A stretch of DNA of 64,000 bases. Origin: Candidatus Obscuribacteraceae bacterium. GTDB lineage: Bacteria > Cyanobacteriota > Vampirovibrionia > Obscuribacterales > Obscuribacteraceae. A program made the translations under genes and the position numbers. Shown in pieces: positions 1 to 8,554 of this stretch. Each line of letters opens with the position of its first letter. The stretch's first letter is position 1. The notes under the pieces are model-generated. The model did no database searches. It saw only the letters and a program-made list of their open reading frames with translations, and was not told the DNA's origin. The stretch lies in contig JBGAHS010000005.1 of assembly GCA_044226015.1 (NCBI GenBank), forward strand, positions 32,001 to 96,000. Direction: 5' to 3'.

Positions 1-16
1 AGACAGATATGCGTCA

Positions 17-1066
17 ATGGCGCAGCTAAACGACGACTTGAAGAGCTTGAGCTACGGCGAACGCCTCTTGCAGTTGCAGCGAGAAAAAAGTCAAAAGAGC
101 AGACTTCAATTATTCGATAAGATCTACAAGTTTGGTCTAATAGGTTTTGCTATTTCGATTATTCCATATGCTGTTTTTGCAGTTTACCTGGACCCAAATT
201 CCTGGAGAAAAGAACTTGCTGAAGCATTGGAAGATCAAGACAATGCTGACAAAGTGATCCAGCAAATCATTCGCGACTTGAATCCTAAAGAGGATATGTA
301 CAATTGGAACAAAGCTTACTTGCTGTGGAATCAGGCTCAAATTTATCGAATGAAAAGCGCTAGCAATCCCAATCTTTTAGCTTTTGCTGAGGAGAAATAT
401 CAGCAAGCAAAAGTGGCTGTGGATCAATTCTCCACAGAAAAAGGTGGTTATCCTCGCTTAATTCGCAGCATGAAGGCTATGTGTAATCAGGGTCTAGTTC
501 GATGTCATTTAGACGCATTTTCTAAGATTCACGCTCCTGCCACACTTAAGAAATTGATCGCTCAAGCAAAGTCGCTCTATAAGAGCGGAGAATTAGACTC
601 TAAAGATGCAAAAGACAACGAGTTAGTGCAGGCACTTAAAGACGCCACGTCTGCTGTTTCTCTTCGGCGAGAAACCCTTCAAGCAAAAGGCGATAACAAA
701 AATGATGGAGTTCTCCTGGCACAGGCGCTTGAACTAATGGCTCAAGCGCTGGCTCCTCTGGGCGAGTACAAGCGCATTGATGAGATTCTTTCGGAGCAAG
801 AGCGCATAGTTTCTCAGTACGCGCCTGCTAGCTGGATGGAAGTCGATTGTTTGCTCAATCGAGCTGAAATCTTACGCCTGCTCGGACGGAAGAGCGAAGC
901 AATGGAAAAGCTGGTTAAAGCTCGAGAGTTCGAGTTTGACCTCTATAGGAGCCAGAGCGATCCTTACGTTTTGAATATTCAAAATCGAATTGACGCATTG
1001 CAAAAGGAGCTTACGCAACTGAGATTTGATAATGCAAACTCTCAAAATACTTCAGCTGATTTTTGA
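17..1066 (+). CDS. TPR-like helical repeat protein with one N-terminal membrane anchor
   Basis: 349-aa ORF; hydrophobic FGLIGFAISIIPYAVFAVYL; A/L-rich helical pairs such as DCLLNRAEILRLLGRKSEAMEKLVKA. Confidence 0.6.
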   Translation: MAQLNDDLKSLSYGERLLQLQREKSQKSRLQLFDKIYKFGLIGFAISIIPYAVFAVYLDPNSWRKELAEALEDQDNADKVIQQIIRDLNPKEDMYNWNKAYLLWNQAQIYRMKSASNPNLLAFAEEKYQQAKVAVDQFSTEKGGYPRLIRSMKAMCNQGLVRCHLDAFSKIHAPATLKKLIAQAKSLYKSGELDSKDAKDNELVQALKDATSAVSLRRETLQAKGDNKNDGVLLAQALELMAQALAPLGEYKRIDEILSEQERIVSQYAPASWMEVDCLLNRAEILRLLGRKSEAMEKLVKAREFEFDLYRSQSDPYVLNIQNRIDALQKELTQLRFDNANSQNTSADF

Positions 1067-1077
1067 AGCAGCCGCGT

Positions 1078-2943
1078 TTAGTATTCCATTATGGTTCCGG
1101 CGCGTTCAATAATGAGTTCTGCTAACTCTTCATCTCCGGCAAGCAAAATTCCTGGCATAAGATGCTCTTGAGCTTCACTACCACGCTTAGCCCAGCGCTC
1201 TGACGCTATGACTGTGGCTCCGTCTTTAATGAGCTGCTGAAGCATGCCTTGCATCGAAGTCAGTTTCTTTACCATCTGTGGGTCAAGGTTGAATTTTGCT
1301 GCCACCACATCTGGTTTCAAAACCAGACAGACTGATTCCAGGTCAAGTAGAATTGTTATTGTTACGTCGCGTCTCAAGATGTTTCTTGCAAGATTTAGCC
1401 CTTCCCAGAGCACCTCCATCTCGAAGGGACTGCGGAATCTCTTAAAACGTATTGTGATTCCGCGCTTTAGTTGGTGCAGCTGTGCTTCAATACTTGCTGG
1501 CATCGGAGGCAGAGCTGGTGCCGTAAATGGAGCTGGTTGAGCGGGCACTGGTGGTGGTGGCGGTACGTGTGCTGCTTGCTTGGGCGCTGATCCATCAAAT
1601 CTGCTTAGCAGCTCACCAGCAGCTGCGGCTTCCTTAGCCATTGGTGCGCCACCAGAAGGTACATTCTCAGGTATAATTCCTCGTTGTCCGGTTGCGGCAA
1701 ATGTCCAGAGGTCCGCGCCCAGTTCTGCGGCGTTCTGATACCGAGCATTAGGATCTTTTTCCAGGCATCGCATAACGATGGTTTCAAGTTCGATTGGGAA
1801 ATCTACATCTGGCACCTTCACATTTAGTGGCTGTGGCATCTCACTTAATTGCATGAGCAAGACTTTGATCGCGCTATCGTGAACAAATGGTGGCGCACCT
1901 GTAAGTGCCTCGTACATGACACAGCCCAGCGAATAGATGTCAGAACGCGGATCTGCCTCTGCTCCAGCGCATTGTTCAGGTGCGATGTAAGCCGGGCTAC
2001 CGAGCACATTTCCTGTTGGTGTGAGGTTGTCTCGATTTTCCTCGACGTGTCTTTTGGCAATACCGAAGTCTACAATTTTTGCGATATCGACGCCTGCTTC
2101 AGACTGAATGATCATGATGTTGCTAGGCTTTACGTCACGATGCACAATCATCTTTCGATGTGCGTGTTGCAACCCGTCGCAGACCTGAGTGAATATATTG
2201 ATGAACTTTCGAACTTCCAGTCGGCCTTTCTTTTCGATCAGGTGAGTGAGCGGTTTTCCCTCAAGATATTCCATGGTCATGTATGGCTGGCCATGTTTGG
2301 AGAAACCGAATTCCATCATGTTGATGAGGTTGCGGTGCTTCAGATCCTGACAGGCTGCTGCCTCGTCTTCGAAGCGCTTTTTGCTTTCTACATCATTTAA
2401 GAGGTGTGGGTGCAAGACTTTGAGTGCAACAATAAGCCCGTCTGGTTTGCGCTTTCCTTTATAGATGATACCCATGCCACCATGGCCGAGCCGAGCCAAC
2501 AAATCATATTTGTCTGCAAATTCTTCGTGTGGAAGAGGTTGTTGAGTTTCCGGCGCCTCTTCTTTTTGGTTTTCTTCCTCGACCCGAATATCGGCTGCAA
2601 TGATTGCTTTCGCCATATCTTTCTGGTCGATTGACACTACGAGACTATGAATCAGCGAAATGTCTGCCGAGGTGTAAATCCAGACGATTGCTGAGTCTTC
2701 TTCGTGACCGACGTGAAGGATCCAGGTAGGCTCGACGGCCCCTTTTGCCAGGGTCACTGTAAGTAGATATGTGTCATCTTTGTCTTTCCAGCTCAAGATT
2801 ATCGGACGACCGATATCTCTTTGAGCTTTCAACATGCTAAATCGCAGGTCTTCCTGGGTGGGCTGGTGGTTCAACGGAACCAATTTCTCTGGAGCCTTCT
2901 TTTGCTCCGTGTTTTTTTTCTTGAACGAATCCTGTAGAGGCAT
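1078..2943 (-). CDS. Hanks-type Ser/Thr protein kinase (no TM seen) with C-terminal DsrE/DsrF-like domain
   Basis: GHGGMG, VALK, HRDVKPSN, DFG and APE motifs; Pro-rich linker; last ~130 aa resemble the DsrE fold. Confidence 0.9.
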   Translation of the reverse strand: MPLQDSFKKKNTEQKKAPEKLVPLNHQPTQEDLRFSMLKAQRDIGRPIILSWKDKDDTYLLTVTLAKGAVEPTWILHVGHEEDSAIVWIYTSADISLIHSLVVSIDQKDMAKAIIAADIRVEEENQKEEAPETQQPLPHEEFADKYDLLARLGHGGMGIIYKGKRKPDGLIVALKVLHPHLLNDVESKKRFEDEAAACQDLKHRNLINMMEFGFSKHGQPYMTMEYLEGKPLTHLIEKKGRLEVRKFINIFTQVCDGLQHAHRKMIVHRDVKPSNIMIIQSEAGVDIAKIVDFGIAKRHVEENRDNLTPTGNVLGSPAYIAPEQCAGAEADPRSDIYSLGCVMYEALTGAPPFVHDSAIKVLLMQLSEMPQPLNVKVPDVDFPIELETIVMRCLEKDPNARYQNAAELGADLWTFAATGQRGIIPENVPSGGAPMAKEAAAAGELLSRFDGSAPKQAAHVPPPPPVPAQPAPFTAPALPPMPASIEAQLHQLKRGITIRFKRFRSPFEMEVLWEGLNLARNILRRDVTITILLDLESVCLVLKPDVVAAKFNLDPQMVKKLTSMQGMLQQLIKDGATVIASERWAKRGSEAQEHLMPGILLAGDEELAELIIERAGTIMEY

Positions 2944-3080
2944 ATGTGCCAGTCATCCCCAGTAAAAATTACACCAATCTAATATAGACATTCCCAAAAT
3001 GAGAAATCTCTCACAGATATGAATGTTAATTGCCCTCATCGTGGAAAATAAATGTTTGAAGGATTTGCGGGGTTTTTTAC

Positions 3081-3734
3081 TTGAGTTCTACTGCTAAGGG
3101 CAATTTCTACGAGGAAGCCGAGCACTGTTTGGCTGAAATGGATGGAGTGAAAGCTGATGAGCTTTTCTTGAATCTGGTTGTGAGACTCGAAAGTGAGTTC
3201 AACAAGAATCAGAAAGATGTAGCAGCTGAACTTCAGCGTATCGCCAAAGCCATTGAATCGGATGGAAAATCCGATGAGGCTTTGCGATTTAAGCAGCGAA
3301 CTTGCGAGGTCATGTTGCGCCGCAGTATGGCGGAACGAAGGCGCAATCAGGCTCCTCCAGGAGCACCCGCGCGCGACACTCGAAGCCTGACACAGATGGC
3401 GTTTGTTTGCTTTGCTGCTGACCCTGCAAGCTATGCCGGTTTTATGATTCGCACGGGGCTGAATTCTGAGCTGAGGGTTTTACCTGATGCTTCTCGGTGG
3501 ATCAGGTCTAAAGAAGGACAGTTGATTTTGGTAGCGCGGCAAAATCGCCTCAGTGGATTTTTTCCGCTTTTTATCGCACCATCGCGAGAGGATGCAGCGA
3601 GATTGATGCAAGACAACGGCAATTTTCTTGATGGGGAGGAAATTGATGTTTGCGGAATGAAATTGCTTGTTCTGAAAGACAAGGCTAGTCAAAGATTTTT
3701 GCTTGGTGGCGGCGAGATACTGCAAAACGTGTAA
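3081..3734 (+). CDS. hypothetical protein (helical N-terminus, alpha/beta C-terminus)
   Basis: 217-aa ORF divergent from the kinase, co-oriented with the next two genes; TTG start uncertain. Confidence 0.55.
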   Translation: MSSTAKGNFYEEAEHCLAEMDGVKADELFLNLVVRLESEFNKNQKDVAAELQRIAKAIESDGKSDEALRFKQRTCEVMLRRSMAERRRNQAPPGAPARDTRSLTQMAFVCFAADPASYAGFMIRTGLNSELRVLPDASRWIRSKEGQLILVARQNRLSGFFPLFIAPSREDAARLMQDNGNFLDGEEIDVCGMKLLVLKDKASQRFLLGGGEILQNV

Positions 3735-3760
3735 GTCACATTCTACTTAGAGGCGCGGAA

Positions 3761-4162
3761 ATGGGTTTTTTCGACAAAATCAAAAAAGAAGTCAGCGACA
3801 GCTTAGACTGGAGAAAAGTCAAAGTGGTGGCAGGTGACATTCAGGCTGGAGAGTGGGACTTTAATGGTGGCATGATGACGCCAGATATGAGTACTGGGCT
3901 TGCTGAGTGCGTTTCACTTATGGGAAACATTGAGTCAATTCAAGTTCAAACTCAAGAGTCTGTGAAAGATTTAGCAAAAACCTTGGGACTCACCGTAGCT
4001 GGTGGCGTCTTATTTGGTCCTCTCGGTGCCATTGCGGGATATTTCGCAAGCGGCAACCGAAAAGAAGTATGTGCGTTGGTTAAATTGAAGGATGGCAAGA
4101 AATTTCTGGCTGTGATGGATCAGCGCATTTATCAACAATGCATTGGTCTCAGTATGATGTGA
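3761..4162 (+). CDS. hypothetical protein with glycine-zipper-like hydrophobic segment
   Basis: 133 aa, GAGG upstream of ATG, LTVAGGVLFGPLGAIAGYFASG. Confidence 0.65.
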   Translation: MGFFDKIKKEVSDSLDWRKVKVVAGDIQAGEWDFNGGMMTPDMSTGLAECVSLMGNIESIQVQTQESVKDLAKTLGLTVAGGVLFGPLGAIAGYFASGNRKEVCALVKLKDGKKFLAVMDQRIYQQCIGLSMM

Positions 4163-4229
4163 GGAGAATCGCCGCCGTAGTGATGTTCTGCCGTGCTAAA
4201 ATAGCAAGTCGTTCATGTGAGAATATCCG

Positions 4230-4952
4230 ATGCGTAGCCTGTCTTCCTTAGACATCAAATTTTTTGCGATGGTATTTTTCAGTTTGCAGGTGTCAGTGGG
4301 CGCGCCAAGTTGTTTGGCTAGTGCGCAAAATGAGCCTTCAAGCTATTCGCTTAAGCCGAAGTTTGATAGCAAGCTTGGCTTGCCAGATCCTAAGAAAAAT
4401 CGCGAGGCAATCAAGCTTCCATCTAATTTGATACCAGTGCCTATGACAAGACAGGCTACTGATTACACCTGTGGCGTAGCTGCGATGCAGAGTCTGTTCG
4501 CCTACTATGGTGACGAATTTACAGAAATGCCACTGGCGAAGCTTCTGAAGTCGAATTTCAGGTACGGCACTGCTTACAAATCGATCGAGAGCTTTTCTAA
4601 AGAGAAGGGCTACTCAGTAGAGATTCACAAGGAAATGACGCTTGAGCAGCTCAAGCAGTTTATCGACAAAAAGCAGCCTGTGCTTTGTCTTGTCCAAGCC
4701 TGGGCGAGTGTTCCGACCGATTACAGAACCGAATGGAAAGACGGGCATTACGTTGTTGCTGTTGGCTACGACGAAAAGAACATTTTTTTTATGGACCCGT
4801 CTACGCTTGGCGATTATGCATACATACCTGTCGATGAGTTTATTGAGCGCTGGCATGACACCGATGGACACGAGCGTTTGCACCATTTCGGCATGATAGT
4901 TTTGAAAGACAAAATCAAATACGAGCCTGGTGTCGCAACGTTCATGGAGTGA
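4230..4952 (+). CDS. secreted peptidase C39-like (papain-fold) cysteine protease
   Basis: signal-like N-terminus; Q-x5-C (QATDYTCG), GHYVV and MDP give the Cys/His/Asp triad pattern. Confidence 0.85.
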   Translation: MRSLSSLDIKFFAMVFFSLQVSVGAPSCLASAQNEPSSYSLKPKFDSKLGLPDPKKNREAIKLPSNLIPVPMTRQATDYTCGVAAMQSLFAYYGDEFTEMPLAKLLKSNFRYGTAYKSIESFSKEKGYSVEIHKEMTLEQLKQFIDKKQPVLCLVQAWASVPTDYRTEWKDGHYVVAVGYDEKNIFFMDPSTLGDYAYIPVDEFIERWHDTDGHERLHHFGMIVLKDKIKYEPGVATFME

Positions 4953-5056
4953 GTGTTACTCTTGGACTTTCCAGGAGATGTTGTAAAATAGGGCGTGTTC
5001 AGAGGCTCATTCTTAGCCTGATTTAAGCTTGCTCCGCTTTTGCGCGAGTTCCGGAG

Positions 5057-5248
5057 TTGAATATGGAAGTCAAAGAAAACACCACTTCTGATGTGGAACC
5101 TTCGTTGAGCAGTTATGATCCGGAATGGGACAAGCCACCACGCAAGGTGCCTGCCTGGGCGATCATGCTGGCGGTACTGTCATTCATCATCGTGAATGCA
5201 ATGTTCCTCTGTTTTGCAATGCAAATGAGCAGCAACAACCCGGGATAG
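5057..5248 (+). CDS. small single-pass membrane protein
   Basis: 63 aa with hydrophobic WAIMLAVLSFIIVNAMFLCFAM; GGAG upstream. Confidence 0.55.
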   Translation: MNMEVKENTTSDVEPSLSSYDPEWDKPPRKVPAWAIMLAVLSFIIVNAMFLCFAMQMSSNNPG

Positions 5249-5560
5249 CTGTTAGGGATAGGTCTGTTAGGGTTAGGTCCAGAACCGAATATGTCCAGTA
5301 CTTCCAGTACGGGTGGGTCCAGTACCGCTCAGGTCCAGCACGGGTGGGGTCAGCATGGATAGGTCCAGCACGGATGGGTTCAGTACGGGTGAGTTCAGTA
5401 CGGGTGAGTTCAGTACGGGTGAGTTCAGTACGGATGGGTTCAGTACGGCTCAGGTCCAGAAGGGGTGGTCAGTACGGATGGTCCAGTACGCATGGTCCAG
5501 TTGGGGTGGTCAGTACGGATGTCCAGCACGGATAGATCCAGCACGGATTAGTACCGTTAT
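5243..5560. repeat. degenerate tandem repeat, about 20 units of 12-16 bp, core GT(C/T)CAG(T/C)ACGG
   Basis: GTTCAGTACGGGTGA x3 exact at ~5378-5422 plus many variants; fills the gap between convergent genes. Confidence 0.9.
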
Positions 5561-5566
5561 GTTCCT

Positions 5567-6199
5567 CTAGGGGTAAACGTTGTGTTTTGGCGCAATAGAC
5601 ACTTGAATGTGGGTGAGCGGACCTAGATTGTCTGACTGCGGATTGATGCTGATCATTGCCTGATCAGTATGGGAGTCACCACGCACCATCATCGCCTGTC
5701 CGAACAATGCTTGGGCTGGATAACGCTCGTTCAGTGCGTAGCCTGCGCGTGGAAGTTGATCTTTGTACCAGTTAAAGACCACTTCTGGTGGGTCGCGCGT
5801 CTCTAAAATAACCTGCTTCCCATACATGCTTGAAGAGTAATAGGCACCATTGGTGGTGCGCAGAATCTTTGTTCTTGTTCCCCGAAACAGCGGAACCGGA
5901 TAGTGCATCGAATCTGCCACACTTATGTCAGCCCAAAGAGTATTGTTCGGGTCTTCGACTAATGAAATCGTCTTTCTCGGAGGCGGGCGCTTCTTTTGTG
6001 ATATTTGCGACCCTGCTTTTGCCGGCGGTTTCTTGTTTGTCGACTTCGAGCTACTCTCCTCGGGCGGACAATTCTTCATCCAAAACGGCACGTATTTTTT
6101 GTCGGCTCTGGCTTCGTTGGCAGACAGCACAAAGCCTGCACACACCGTAAGAGTGCCTGCAAGCCAGATTTTTGCTTGTTGCCTTCGATTTTTGGGCAT
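5567..6199 (-). CDS. secreted hypothetical protein
   Basis: 210 aa, basic then hydrophobic signal peptide ending ARA; TxDxxExVxxWYxxxL-type segment. Confidence 0.65.
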   Translation of the reverse strand: MPKNRRQQAKIWLAGTLTVCAGFVLSANEARADKKYVPFWMKNCPPEESSSKSTNKKPPAKAGSQISQKKRPPPRKTISLVEDPNNTLWADISVADSMHYPVPLFRGTRTKILRTTNGAYYSSSMYGKQVILETRDPPEVVFNWYKDQLPRAGYALNERYPAQALFGQAMMVRGDSHTDQAMISINPQSDNLGPLTHIQVSIAPKHNVYP

Positions 6200-6211
6200 T
6201 CGGGAGGACGT

Positions 6212-6439
6212 TTAGCGGAAACCACCGAAAACGGGATGAAGTAATGGCATCCCTTGATGTTGTCCTACCACTTTTACAAGGATTTCCTTACCCATTGGCA
6301 AAGAATTTTCTTCCGGAACGAAACCCTTACCTTGCGGAAGTTTTCCGGACTGCACAATGTAGCCGCCAGGGACTTTAGACACTGCTTTTCCCGGAAGCAC
6401 TTGTCCCATGACATTCTTGACTGATCCACCACCTAGCAT
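6212..6439 (-). CDS. small hypothetical protein, possibly OB/S1-like beta fold
   Basis: 75 aa, GGGAGA RBS upstream; GQVLPGKAVSKVPGGYIV resembles the start of S1 domains. Confidence 0.5.
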   Translation of the reverse strand: MLGGGSVKNVMGQVLPGKAVSKVPGGYIVQSGKLPQGKGFVPEENSLPMGKEILVKVVGQHQGMPLLHPVFGGFR

Positions 6440-6534
6440 TTTTTGACTCTCCCAAAGAACCGCTCTCTCTCTCTTTGATTAAGACAGAATAGCTCAGAGA
6501 ATTAGGAGGGTCAGCGAAAATTCTGCTAATGCTC

Positions 6535-6540
6535 TATAAT
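6535..6540 (+). promoter_or_regulatory. -10 box (TATAAT) of the tRNA promoter
   Basis: perfect TATAAT ~30 nt upstream of the tRNA; no clear -35. Confidence 0.5.
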
Positions 6541-6571
6541 CTAAGGGTCAGGGCTAGCCCTTGGCATCGAA

Positions 6572-6645
6572 GCGCCCATAGCTCAGCTGGATAGAGCGCA
6601 TGGCTTCGAACCATAAGGTCGGGAGTTCGAATCTCTCTGGGCGCG
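6572..6645 (+). tRNA. tRNA-Arg, anticodon TCG; CCA not encoded
   Basis: acceptor GCGCCCA/TGGGCGC, D arm GCTC/GAGC with A20, anticodon loop CT-TCG-AA (6604-6610), T loop TTCGAAT, discriminator G. Confidence 0.95.
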
Positions 6646-6653
6646 TTCTTTAT

Positions 6654-6686
6654 TCCTCCTGAGTTTCGGGAGGATTTTTGCTTTTT
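6654..6686 (+). terminator. intrinsic terminator after the tRNA
   Basis: TCCTCCTG/CGGGAGGA stem followed by TTTTTGCTTTTT. Confidence 0.8.
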
Positions 6687-6738
6687 GTAGAATCAATTTG
6701 AATTAGCTGGCTAACATACGGATCAAAGAGTTGTACAT

Positions 6739-7338
6739 ATGAAATTAGTTTTGGCTGTGACATTCATGTTCTTGCTACTTTCGCAAAACGCACTTTCGGC
6801 TGACGATTGGGCTCAAGAGACGCAATCGATAGGAGCCGAGGATAATTCGAGTCGTAAGTCTGTTGGTATGTTCGAATTTAAAGGAAAGCCACTTGGAATA
6901 AGCTTGGAGGAATGGCAGAAGTCTCCGTATCCCTCAATTTCCGATCGGGTGGTGTCGGTAGTACCAGTTGATGCTCCGTCGGCTTATTTTAAAGATGCCC
7001 TTTGTTTCAAAATCAAACTGAAGGATTCGGCAGATAAAGAGTGTCCCACTACTATCGCGAACTTTCCATGTGACAATCAATGGTTGTTTAGGAAGGATCG
7101 AGTCGGCACTCACAGGCTAATGATGATTGTTCTAGCTTGTACATCAAACGCCTATCCAAAAGTTGCTCAAGCACTGCGCCAGAAGTACGGTGCTGCGCAA
7201 AATATGACGGATGAGATTTACTGGGAGGTGGGATCGAGTCGTCTTGAATGTTACCGTCGCCATGGCTCTTGTGTTATTCGTTTCATCAATAGAGATTTGC
7301 TTCCAGCTGATCAGCCTCCAACATCTCTAGATCTGTAG
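6739..7338 (+). CDS. secreted hypothetical protein
   Basis: 199 aa with clear signal peptide MKLVLAVTFMFLLLSQNALSA. Confidence 0.7.
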   Translation: MKLVLAVTFMFLLLSQNALSADDWAQETQSIGAEDNSSRKSVGMFEFKGKPLGISLEEWQKSPYPSISDRVVSVVPVDAPSAYFKDALCFKIKLKDSADKECPTTIANFPCDNQWLFRKDRVGTHRLMMIVLACTSNAYPKVAQALRQKYGAAQNMTDEIYWEVGSSRLECYRRHGSCVIRFINRDLLPADQPPTSLDL

Positions 7339-7349
7339 TGAAAGTTCAC

Positions 7350-7490
7350 GTATCAAACGTCGCTCACTTGCATGCCACCTTACTTGACGCGCCACTTGTA
7401 GAACGGCTGATCAGATATCCCGTACTTTCTGCCGTTGCTTGTGCCTGCCTCCGACTCCTTCAAAATAGCTACGATCTGCTCTTCTGTAAA
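7350..7490 (-). pseudogene. IS3-family OrfA N-terminal (HTH) remnant on the minus strand
   Basis: manual translation FTEEQIVAILKESEAGTSNGRKYGISDQPFYKWRVK*GGMQVSDV*, matching the IS3/IS407 OrfA pattern, with stops. Confidence 0.8.
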
Positions 7491-7499
7491 ATTGGCCGC

Positions 7500-8485
7500 G
7501 GTCGACTTTCGATGTACCTCATTTCGGAGGCGGTGAAGAAAATGAAAGCACTGGAGGAAGAGAACGCAATGTTAAATCGCATTTTTGGACAAAAGGAATC
7601 GGACATCACAGCCCTGAAAGCCGTGGTTGAAAAAAAATAATGGAGAAGTTCTGCAGAAAAAAGAGGCTGTGGAACTTATAAAAATTGCTACTGAGATGAG
7701 CGAACGGAGGGCTTGCCGTTTGATCTGATTTGATCGCACTACAAAGCGCTATGTGAGCCAGCGACAGGACGACACTGAGCTGAATGACGCAATTTGCAAA
7801 CTCGCAAAATGAGAGTCGGCGATTTTGTTACCGCCGACTCTATGGACAGATTCGGAAGAAGATGAAGCTGGGGGGAAATCACAAGAAAATCTATCGCCTA
7901 TACAAAGACGCGAATCTCAAGCTTCGCAAAAAGAAGCGCTCAGAATTTCGCGCACCAATGCTGGTGCCGACAGCACCTGATAATCGCTGGATTGTGTTTC
8001 GGATACTTCAGTTTGTCTGACAAACGCGTCATGCCCGCCCTGACCAAATGCTCTGGTGGTACGGACTGGCGCGTGTGATCGTGTCAGACAATGTCCCGGA
8101 GTTTCGTTCAGAGCACGTGGAGAAATGGGCTAAAGCCAAAGGCATTACCTGGCACTTCATTGACCCCTGCAAGCCGATTCAGAACGCGTTTGTTGAAGCC
8201 TTTAACGGAAAAATTCCTGATGAATTTCCGAACGAAGAATGGTTCTTCAATTTGCATGAAGCAAAAGACTGTACAGCGAAATGGAGGAACTATTACAATA
8301 CAGAGAGACCGCATATCTCTTTGAATTACAGATCGCCCGCGGAGCTCAGGCAGACGGCATTACAGAAAGCGGTCTAAGCTTTTGATTGGACCGAAAAGAT
8401 ATTCCGTTTTCTGTCAAGCATGGGATCGAGGTTCTGCATCAAAAAGATTGTGAGCGTTAGTCCGCGCAAAGAGGGGGGCACGTCA
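7500..8485 (+). mobile_element. degenerate IS3-family element (OrfA C-terminus, fragmented OrfB DDE transposase, right end)
   Basis: KALEEEN...ALKAVVEKK; A8 tract at 7630-7637 at the OrfA/B junction; NHKKIYRLYK, SDNVPEF, KPIQNAFVEAFNG, YNTERPHISL; end GTCCGCGCAAAGAGGGGGGCACGTCA at 8460-8485. Confidence 0.9.
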
Positions 8486-8554
8486 GCGAAACTAACAGTT
8501 AACGAACAGAGCCTTGCAATAGCCGCAGAACACTCTCTTTTAATCCAATCGCTA

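Noticed and set aside
5125..5570. ORFs 5125-5535 and 5313-5570
   Set aside because: They are translations of the tandem repeat and overlap better-supported genes
7338..7640. 100-aa ORF as a real gene
   Set aside because: Chimera of an antisense IS fragment and the OrfA C-terminus
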